Part shown: positions 25,349 through 32,000 of the stretch, one piece after another | How the letters are laid out: every line of letters begins with the position of its first letter | Position numbering within the stretch: the first letter of the stretch is position 1 | Source of the DNA: Candidatus Saccharimonadota bacterium | GTDB taxonomy: Bacteria > Patescibacteriota > Saccharimonadia > Saccharimonadales > UBA4665 | Reading direction: 5' to 3' | NCBI GenBank assembly: GCA_016699955.1 | Contig: CP064993.1 | Coordinates: 420,001-452,000 of the forward strand | DNA: 32,000 nt | Position numbers and translations under genes: made by a program | Notes under the pieces: generated by a model | Seen by the model: only the letters and a program-made list of their open reading frames with translations | What the model was told of the DNA's origin: nothing | The model's database searches: none

Positions 25349-26428
25349 CTATAAATATTTTTCCAGCCCGCGTTGCTTGATTTCTTCTATAACGGTTTTG
25401 ATGTCTTGGCTGTGACCTTTGTGCATGACAAGCAGAGAGTCTGCCGTATCAACAATGATAAGATTTTCAAGCCCTACTGTTGCGATGAGTTTGTCAGGAT
25501 TTTCTGAGCGCACCATACAGCCTTGGCTGTCGACATCGATATGGTGAGGTGTGTGGGAAATAACACGGCTTTTGTCCCCATTTGCATCAGCCAGAAGGTC
25601 GTGCAACGCACTCCAGTTGCCAATGTCATCCCAGTGAAACTCGGCAGGGATAAGAACGAGTGGGAATTTGCGGGCATTGACGACTTCAATTTCATGAACC
25701 ATTTTCGGCGCAGCTTCAAAGTCAGCGACATCATTACTATCGACATATGCTCGAATTTGCTCAACACTCCTGGGGCTGGCTTCGTTGTAGGCTTCGAGAA
25801 GTGTTTTTGCAGAAAAGCAGTAGTAGGCGACATTCCAAAAAAAATCACTACTCTGAGCATAGCGTTTTGCAACCGGATAGCTAGGTTTTTCGATGAATTT
25901 CTCTACCGAGTATACGCATGGGTCTGCTTGTATTTCCGTATCGACCTTAATATAGCCAAGCCCCGTGTCGGGACGAGTTGGCTTGACGCCCACGAGTGCA
26001 ATACGATCTGGATGCTTACCAATGTAATCGTGGGCTTGCCCTAAAACGGTTTGAAAGGCATTTTTTTCTGCGATAGCATGGTCAGACGCCATCGAGAATA
26101 TGATAGCCTTTGGATCCCGTCTATAGAGGACTTCGGCAAAAAGTGCAAATGCCAGGGCAGGGCCCTTCGCTGTCGGTTCAACAACAAAGTTCTCTTCGGG
26201 GATGTCTGGCAGTATTTTTTTTATTTTTTCGACGTAGTTGACTGTAGTCGAGACGAGGATATGATCGGATGAGTAGACACCCTGTAATCTTTCGTAGGTA
26301 TCTTCAAGTAGCGAGTGCTGACTGACGAGGCTTTGCATTTGTTTCGGCAACTCTTGCCGACTAATTGGCCACAGCCGAGTACCAGAGCCACCAGCCACAA
26401 TAACAGCATAGTTATGATCTTTGCTCAC
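25349..26428 (-). CDS. manC: mannose-1-phosphate guanylyltransferase-like nucleotidyltransferase lacking the C-terminal cupin
   Basis: AVIVAGGSGTRLWPISRQELPKQ is the signature N-terminus. I prefer the GTG at 26428 (AAGGAG 7 nt upstream) over the track's TTG at 26455. Confidence 0.82.
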   Translation of the reverse strand: MSKDHNYAVIVAGGSGTRLWPISRQELPKQMQSLVSQHSLLEDTYERLQGVYSSDHILVSTTVNYVEKIKKILPDIPEENFVVEPTAKGPALAFALFAEVLYRRDPKAIIFSMASDHAIAEKNAFQTVLGQAHDYIGKHPDRIALVGVKPTRPDTGLGYIKVDTEIQADPCVYSVEKFIEKPSYPVAKRYAQSSDFFWNVAYYCFSAKTLLEAYNEASPRSVEQIRAYVDSNDVADFEAAPKMVHEIEVVNARKFPLVLIPAEFHWDDIGNWSALHDLLADANGDKSRVISHTPHHIDVDSQGCMVRSENPDKLIATVGLENLIIVDTADSLLVMHKGHSQDIKTVIEEIKQRGLEKYL

Positions 26429-26709
26429 TAATAATCTCCTTAATTCTTGTAACAACAGTTAAGCAATCTCACTATAACTGACGGGTGACTGTTCGACAAG
26501 TTCGCGCATATCGCACCAGCCAGCCTGCTCGCCGGCAGAGCCGCGAGGCACTGCTGGGTTGTTTAAGCTCCTGCACATTTTCCTTCCTAGTACTTACTTA
26601 ACCGTATCTTTAGTTCGGCTCCTTCCGTGTTTTGAGGAGAAAATGCATGATGTTAAGTGGCTGGAGTTCCATTTGTACATATTTTTAAGTCGTCTTGATT
26701 TGTCACCTC

Positions 26710-26718
26710 TGTTATACT
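26710..26718 (+). promoter_or_regulatory. extended -10 TGTTATACT, 7 nt upstream of the argS ATG
   Basis: cctcTGTTATACT-ttagtgc-ATG. Confidence 0.5.
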
Positions 26719-26725
26719 TTAGTGC

Positions 26726-28399
26726 ATGAAACATGATCTGGAGCTGGTTGTTGCGAATGTGGCGAAAGAATTATTTGGGGTAGATGTCAAAGTTGAACTG
26801 ACGCGACCAGAAGCAAAATTTAGCGATTATGCGACCAATGTGGCACTGCAGCTAAGCAAACAACTGGTCAAAAACCCGCGCGAGATCGCCGATGCTCTAG
26901 CTGAAAGTGTGAGAGAACGGAGCTCTCACATAGCAGCGGTGAGCGTGGCGGGGCCGGGGTTTTTGAACCTACAGCTAACCGATGTGGCATTGCTCGAATC
27001 CCTGACGATGGAAAAGACCAAGAGCTCGGCTGGTCAGAAAATATTAGTAGAGTATTCTGACCCGAACCCGTTTAAGCCCCTACACGCTGGGCATTTGTAC
27101 ACAACACTGGTCGGTGACACCATCGCGCGACTAATAGAAAACACCGGAGCCGAGACAATACGTATCAATTACGGTGGTGATGTCGGGTTGCATGCGGGTA
27201 AAAGTATGTGGGCAATCATTGCGCACCTTGGTGGCGAATATCCCGAGAATTTGAGTGAAATACCAGAGTCAGATCGACCAAAATGGCTCGGAGAGCGTTA
27301 TGTAGAAGGAAACAACGCTTACGAAGATGATGAAAAGGCTCGGACGGAAATTGTTGCATGCAACAAACGTGTCTATGCTTTGCATGCCGAAAACGAGCAT
27401 GATTCGGCTTTTGCCAAGATATATTGGGTGTGTCGGCAGTGGAGCTACGACTATTTTGCCGTGCTATACGAGCAATTGCAGGTGACACCTTTTGCGCGCT
27501 ATATACCAGAAAGTGAAGTGACGTCTCTAGGCGTAGAAACAGTACGAGAGCAGTTGGCGGCTGGGGTATATGAGGAAAGTGACGGAGCAGTCATATTTCG
27601 CGGAGATGAGCACGGCTTGCATACAAGAGTATTTATAAATCAAGAGGGTTTGCCGACATACGAAACCAAAGATGTTGGGCTAAGTTTGACTAAGTGGCAA
27701 GACTACCATTTTGACCAGTCTATCATTATTACGGATAACGGACAGGTGCAATATATGCAGGTCGTTATCGCTAGCATAGGCCAGTTTGCGCCCGAACCAG
27801 CTGAACGTACGCGTCACCTTACGCACGGTGTAATAAAACTGCAAGGTGGAGTAAAAATGAGTAGCCGTAAGGGAAACGTGGTGACGGCAATGGAAATTCT
27901 CGAGGCGGCACGAGAGGCGGGTCGGGCTACCGGGACGAATCCATCAGAGGAAACTGTGCTGGCTGCGGTTAAATACGCCTTTGCTAAAAACCGCATAGGG
28001 GGTGACATTATTTACGACCCAGTAGAGTCAATCGCGCTAGAAGGAAATAGTGGTCCTTATTTGCAGTATGCGCATGCGCGAGCTAGGAGTATTCTTGTCA
28101 AAGCCACGAGCCACGAGCCACAAGACACTGATCACGAGCTGCAAGTAGATGAGCGGACACTTGTGCGCAAGCTGACAGAGTACCCTGAAGTGATCGAAAA
28201 GGCTACTTTTGAGCTCATGCCGCATTATGTCTGCACCTATCTGTACGAACTTGCCCAGGAGTTTAACCGTTTTTATGAGAAGAACCGTGTCATCGGTGAT
28301 GATCGTGAACGACTGCGCCTTGAGCTGGTCGACTTATATGCGACCACGCTTAAACAGGGTCTGACGCTCCTCGGTATCCATGCCCCAGAGAGGATGTAG
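26726..28399 (+). CDS. argS: arginine--tRNA ligase, 557 aa
   Basis: HIGH-type PLHAGHLYTTLVGD, KMSSRKGN, and the C-terminal anticodon-binding region YLYELAQEFNRFYE are present. Confidence 0.95.
   Translation: MKHDLELVVANVAKELFGVDVKVELTRPEAKFSDYATNVALQLSKQLVKNPREIADALAESVRERSSHIAAVSVAGPGFLNLQLTDVALLESLTMEKTKSSAGQKILVEYSDPNPFKPLHAGHLYTTLVGDTIARLIENTGAETIRINYGGDVGLHAGKSMWAIIAHLGGEYPENLSEIPESDRPKWLGERYVEGNNAYEDDEKARTEIVACNKRVYALHAENEHDSAFAKIYWVCRQWSYDYFAVLYEQLQVTPFARYIPESEVTSLGVETVREQLAAGVYEESDGAVIFRGDEHGLHTRVFINQEGLPTYETKDVGLSLTKWQDYHFDQSIIITDNGQVQYMQVVIASIGQFAPEPAERTRHLTHGVIKLQGGVKMSSRKGNVVTAMEILEAAREAGRATGTNPSEETVLAAVKYAFAKNRIGGDIIYDPVESIALEGNSGPYLQYAHARARSILVKATSHEPQDTDHELQVDERTLVRKLTEYPEVIEKATFELMPHYVCTYLYELAQEFNRFYEKNRVIGDDRERLRLELVDLYATTLKQGLTLLGIHAPERM
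28383..28399 (+). repeat. 17-mer CCCCAGAGAGGATGTAG, copy 1 (last codons plus stop of argS)
   Basis: An exact repeat of 29327-29343. Confidence 0.9.
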
Positions 28400-28401
28400 T
28401 T

Positions 28402-29319
28402 ATGCAGCCAAACAATTCACCGATACTTATTGGACCAAATCCACAAAGAAAACTTCTAACTATCGCGCTTGTATTGGCTGTGCTTGGGGTAATTGGTTTT
28501 TTTCAAGTCAAATCACACCTTGAGAGGACGGCCATAAACGATTCGCAGCTTTTCTATGCTGCACTGGAGAACAATCTAAGTACTACTTATGTCAAAAGAG
28601 AAATACGTAAAAGCGGTGAAGTATCTGGGGGCGACGTTATGGCTTTTACACAAACTGATGTATCTGATCCAGCGAAACCCAAATCATTTCTAAAAACTGT
28701 CTCGGTGACATCGGGAAACGAATATACATCTGAGCGGTATCTGGGAACGCCAGTATATCCAGCTTATGTACGCTATTCATGCGAGGGCTGTGCACTGCCT
28801 CCGAACCTTTCCCCGGTTGCGGGCAAATGGCTGCAGATTAAAGATATGAACGAAGTGTTTGCGTTCGGTGGTGATGACCTAGGTTGGGCACAATATGAAA
28901 TCAACACGTCACTTTCCCGCTACATAATGGGTAATTTTTCTTCTGACGATCGAAAGGCAATCTTACAAGCCTATCGTGATAAAAAAGTATTTGTCGTTCC
29001 CAGTACGGCGCAAACAGTTGATATCGATGGCCATAAGGTCAAAGCGTACACGAATGTACAGACAGACTGGAAAAGTCTGCAAGCAGTCAATGATTTAGCG
29101 GCGAAAAGGACAAAACAAGAAATGCGCGGCATTGGTAACAGTGGTTACGATATCACCCTGTCGTTTTATATCGACCAAAGCACAAAGCGATTTGTACGAG
29201 TAGAGGAGAAGTCGAGTACAAGCAATCTGTACTCTGAGACGGTAGATTATTCCTATCCTACGCAACTCACAATTTTGCCCCCAAGCCAGTATGAACATGC
29301 AAGCGCGTACATAAAGTAA
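28402..29319 (+). CDS. hypothetical membrane-anchored extracytoplasmic protein, 305 aa
   Basis: N-terminal anchor RKLLTIALVLAVLGVIGFF. No recognisable domain. It is bracketed by the 17-mer repeat. Confidence 0.65.
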   Translation: MQPNNSPILIGPNPQRKLLTIALVLAVLGVIGFFQVKSHLERTAINDSQLFYAALENNLSTTYVKREIRKSGEVSGGDVMAFTQTDVSDPAKPKSFLKTVSVTSGNEYTSERYLGTPVYPAYVRYSCEGCALPPNLSPVAGKWLQIKDMNEVFAFGGDDLGWAQYEINTSLSRYIMGNFSSDDRKAILQAYRDKKVFVVPSTAQTVDIDGHKVKAYTNVQTDWKSLQAVNDLAAKRTKQEMRGIGNSGYDITLSFYIDQSTKRFVRVEEKSSTSNLYSETVDYSYPTQLTILPPSQYEHASAYIK

Positions 29320-29326
29320 CTTACCC

Positions 29327-29343
29327 CCCCAGAGAGGATGTAG
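29327..29343 (+). repeat. 17-mer CCCCAGAGAGGATGTAG, copy 2 (directly upstream of the NADAR gene ATG)
   Basis: An exact repeat of 28383-28399. Confidence 0.9.
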
Positions 29344-29820
29344 ATGTACCCTGATCCAGAGCAGCAATTGACGTATCAAACCGATGAAACTGTCTTCTTC
29401 TTTACGCATGCGTACGACCCTCTCAGTAATTGGTCGGCACATGCAGTGACCATTTATGAACATACGTTTCCGACGGTTGAGCATGCCTTTCAATGGCGTA
29501 AGTTTTTTGCTACCGAGCCAGATATTGCTAGCGCCATCTTGCACGCACCGAGCCCGTGGTCGGTGGGGCAGATTAACCGGACAATTGGCGAAGGCAAATT
29601 ATCGGCTGACTGGCATGACATACGCGTGCGTGCCATGGAAGAGTTACTGCGCGCGAAAGCTGCTCAAAATGAAGATGTGCGCACGTGTTTAAGTCAAACA
29701 GGCAATCGGCGAATTGTCGAAAATCATCCCTTAGACAGCTTTTGGGGTTGCGGCCCAAATGGTAATGGTGAGAATATGATGGGGAAACTGTGGATGAAAA
29801 TACGAGAGGAGCAGAGATGA
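29344..29820 (+). CDS. NADAR (DUF1768 / YbiA-like) domain protein, 158 aa
   Basis: YDPLSNWSAHAVTIYEHTFPTVEHAFQWRKF and DSFWGCGPNGNGENMMGKLWMKIR match the NADAR signature regions. Confidence 0.8.
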   Translation: MYPDPEQQLTYQTDETVFFFTHAYDPLSNWSAHAVTIYEHTFPTVEHAFQWRKFFATEPDIASAILHAPSPWSVGQINRTIGEGKLSADWHDIRVRAMEELLRAKAAQNEDVRTCLSQTGNRRIVENHPLDSFWGCGPNGNGENMMGKLWMKIREEQR

Positions 29821-30212
29821 CAGAAAAAAGAATACGTACCAGAGAAGCCCTGGTTACGATGCTTGATGAGCCAGATGAAGTAATGAGGCGCCAGGTTGGT
29901 GGCTTTGTTAATTTTATGCGTGAGAAAGCTGTGGTTGGGCTGGCGGTGGGCTTTATAGTTGGTCAGCAGGCACAGGGGCTTATAAAACAGCTTGTCGATA
30001 GTTTTATCAACCCGTGGCTGAACATCATTGTCGGATCAAAATTGCAAGAACGCAAAGCCTACATCGGTGACGAGTCTTTTGCATGGGGCAAGTTCGTCTA
30101 TGTGTTTATTAATTTCCTCATGGTGCTTCTGGCAATCTATCTGCTCATAAAATTGTTTAAGCTCGATAAACTAGATTTGCCAAAAGAAGTGAAGCCCAAG
30201 AAGTCAAAATGA
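29817..30212 (+). CDS. mscL: large-conductance mechanosensitive channel, 131 aa
   Basis: FVNFMREKAVVGLAVGFIVGQQAQGLIKQLVDSFINPWL plus a second transmembrane helix and a basic tail. Its ATG overlaps the NADAR stop (ATGA at 29817-29820). Confidence 0.85.
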   Translation: MTEKRIRTREALVTMLDEPDEVMRRQVGGFVNFMREKAVVGLAVGFIVGQQAQGLIKQLVDSFINPWLNIIVGSKLQERKAYIGDESFAWGKFVYVFINFLMVLLAIYLLIKLFKLDKLDLPKEVKPKKSK

Positions 30213-30604
30213 CATCCCAGGTGAATCCTAACCTTTCTGATGAACAAAAACGGGTGCTGTTTGAGCAAGGAACCGAACTGCCAGGGAGTGGTTTGTTACT
30301 GGACGAATCACGGCGCGGAGTGTATGGCTGCGCAAACTGTGGTGCTCTGCTGTTTCGAAGTGAGTCGAAGTACGAATCGGCCACGCCTGGTCTAGTTGGC
30401 TGGCCAAGTTTTGCGGAAGCTGCCAGTAATGAAGCGCTTATACTGGCGCCAGACACGTCACTGGGTATGCCGCGCACCGAGGTAACTTGTGCGAAGTGTG
30501 GTGCCCACCTTGGACACCTTTTTACCGGCGTCGACGACCATCCGTCGGGAAACCACTTTTGCATTAACTCCTGCGCGCTTAATTTTAAAGAAAAGTTGGG
30601 ATGA
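30209..30604 (+). CDS. msrB: peptide-methionine (R)-S-oxide reductase, 131 aa
   Basis: Two CxxC pairs (CANCGA, CAKCGA) and GHLFTGVDDHPSGNHFCINS are present. It overlaps the mscL stop as ATGA. Confidence 0.9.
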   Translation: MTSQVNPNLSDEQKRVLFEQGTELPGSGLLLDESRRGVYGCANCGALLFRSESKYESATPGLVGWPSFAEAASNEALILAPDTSLGMPRTEVTCAKCGAHLGHLFTGVDDHPSGNHFCINSCALNFKEKLG

Positions 30605-30892
30605 TAGCATACATTATGTAACTGCTCACACCCTCCTGGTATCTGTTAAGTAATTACACAAGTGTAAAATCGCATAAATGCTAACAGATAAGGCAGTTTA
30701 GCGTAGGCAAGTTGTTGACCAATTATCACCTCTGTTTTTGAGGCAGTGAGCAATTACTACATCTTGAATTCGACCTCCAAGTGCAACAAACCAAAACTAT
30801 CCCCTCAAAAAGTAGGACATTAGCTTCTCGTCTGCCTTGTCTCTAGAATTAGGTGTGTTCAGCAACTAATAATCGATGAAAGGAGACAGCTA

Positions 30893-32000
30893 ATGTCCTA
30901 TCGTCATCTTATCTCAGATGACCGTGTTGTCATAGCAACACTACTGCAAGAACACAGAAACCAAAGCTATATCGCCAGTAGGATTGGCGTCAATCGTTCG
31001 GCCATCAGTCGTGAGCTGGCTCGCAACAAAACACGAGACAAACCAGTCCAGATACCACTGCCCAAACGCCCGACCATTCTCGACAAAGACTGCCGCCATG
31101 CCCGAGGTAGCGGTCTCGCCCAGGACAAATACGAAGCAGGAGAAAATTACTGCAGCGCAGTACGCGAAGTTCATCTTGCCAACCGTTTCTATGAGCCGCG
31201 CAGTGCCCAGCGTGCTGCAACCACACGACGTTTGAATGCAAACCAAAGCCGGCTGCGGTTGGCATACCAGTCTGGCGACTGGCTCGAACAGTACGTCAGA
31301 CATCGTCTACTCAAAAATGAGTGGTCACCCGAGCAGATTGCCGGTGGCTTAAGACGAAACTACGGTATTGTACTTCACTGGCAAACCATTTACGACTATA
31401 TCGATCTTTGCTCCAACAAAACAGATAAGAAACAGCTTCAAAAGCACCTTCGGCGCGGCGGCAGACCGTACCGTCATCACGGTACGAACGAACGCATCAA
31501 GGCTAGGCAGAAAGCTCTGCCGCCAATTCAGAGCCGTGACGCAGTGATTGAACAGCGAACTCGTCTAGGTGACTTCGAAGGCGACACAATTGTTGGGTTG
31601 GACACTAGAGACCGAATCGCCACCCACGTTGATCGAACAAGTGGGAGTGTCTGCTCGGGTTAGTACTTGGCTATGACGCACGTAAGATAGCTGACGACAC
31701 CGCTAAGCGGCTGAAACAATATGCACAGTCCGGGCTCCCATCCGGACTGTTACATATGACCGTGGTACCGAGTTTGCCGAGTATGAGCGTCTGCGAAACA
31801 ATGCTGCCATAGCTGTGTACTTTGCTGATGCCTATACGCCATCACAGCGTGGCAGTAATGAAAATCTAAACAGCCTTGTCCGCCAATACTACCCAAAACG
31901 ATTCGACTTTAAGACGATTACCCCAAGACAACTCAAAGTCGTAGAAACCAAGCTTAACAACCGTCCAAGAAAACGATACAATTTCCGCACGCCTATTCAG
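30893..32000 (+). mobile_element. IS30-family transposase gene with two frame breaks; runs off the right edge
   Basis: N-terminal HTH (SYIASRIGVNRSAISRELARN). The DDE region is split over three frames: ...FEGDTIVGLDTRDRIATHVDRTSG / ECLLGLVLGYDARKIADDTAKRLKQYAQSGLP / RTVTYDRGTEFAEYE...YFADAYTPSQRGSNENLNSLVRQYYPK...LNNRPRKRYNFRTP. Breaks lie near 31640-31650 and 31707-31745. Element ends were not identified. Confidence 0.85.

Noticed and set aside
26643-26729. 28-aa upstream ORF (MHDVKWLEFHLYIFLSRLDLSPLLYFSA) behind a GAGGAG box, ending in an ATGA overlap with argS. It could be a regulatory leader peptide.
   Set aside because: The SD-to-ATG spacing is only 3 nt, and the peptide has a single Arg codon, so it shows no attenuation logic. 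The better-supported argS promoter (TGTTATACT) lies inside it. It is kept only as a remote possibility.
2326-29816. Long N-terminal extensions in the ORF track: HAD to 3180, HIT from 2878, valS to 7374, murE from 12096, the manC-like gene to 26455, sortase to 22851, mscL from 29790 and the hydrolase to 14741.
   Set aside because: The extensions overlap neighbouring genes or contain the gene's own promoter or SD. Internal starts restore homolog-like N-termini.
26703-30736. 11-mer TCACCTCTGTT shared by the argS promoter region (26703-26713) and the region upstream of the IS30 element (30726-30736).
   Set aside because: An 11-mer repeat is expected by chance many times in 32 kb on two strands, and there is no extended similarity around it.
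2348-31303. Many 60-200 aa ORFs in the track lie antisense to, or out of frame within, well-supported genes. Examples are 2348-2647, 3720-4323, 4755-7565, 8461-9070, 9342-10142, 11775-12395, 12693-13301, 13496-14826, 14996-15753, 17339-17744, 17895-19467, 19714-20177, 20525-20766, 21478-21960, 22269-22668, 23336-23690, 23999-25034, 25218-26409, 27216-28225, 29095-29758, 30157-30564 and 30941-31303.
   Set aside because: Each overlaps a gene with clear homology-type motifs in another frame. They lack start signals and have skewed, shadow-ORF-like amino-acid composition.
1-32000. Search by eye for tRNA (GTTCRANYC T-loops), rRNA, tmRNA, RNase P, SRP RNA signatures and CRISPR-like spaced repeats.
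   Set aside because: None found. Manual scanning is not exhaustive, so tRNAscan-SE or Infernal should confirm.

Overview
The window is a gene-dense, roughly 45-50% GC (spot counts) bacterial chromosomal segment. Its features are many ATGA start/stop overlaps, very short intergenic spacers, a TsaD carrying large insertions, sortase plus Tat plus GroESL, and few biosynthetic genes. These fit a reduced-genome Saccharibacteria/CPR-like episymbiont, but that taxonomic call is inference only.

Recognisable genes are carB (5'-partial), a HAD phosphatase, a HIT protein, an XRE-HTH::HAD fusion, valS, tsaD, murE, a Tat-signal alpha/beta hydrolase and an amidinotransferase/DDAH-fold enzyme. The list continues with groES-groEL behind two tandem CIRCE operators, tatA-tatC, a sortase locus, and a sugar-nucleotide cluster (cupin, UDP-GlcNAc 2-epimerase-like, manC-like). 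The remainder are argS, a NADAR protein, mscL and msrB. Mobile DNA comprises an rve-type IS (about 15.87-17.13 kb) and an IS30-family element (30.9 kb to the window end).

The strongest anomaly is a ~350 bp, ~83% GC island (about 10160-10510). It sits inside a hypothetical gene of a strongly promoted three-gene cluster of unknown function (9.2-12.0 kb).

Two window-wide patterns matter for interpretation:
- At least eight single-base frame breaks, all in the 'one base missing' direction, hit unrelated genes. Four of them (groEL, tatC, the cupin and the first IS30 break) can be placed at homopolymer runs. This argues for consensus or homopolymer error rather than real pseudogenes.
- At least nine genes have a -10 box only 6-10 nt upstream of the start codon, which suggests leaderless mRNAs.

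I found no rRNA, tRNA or CRISPR array.
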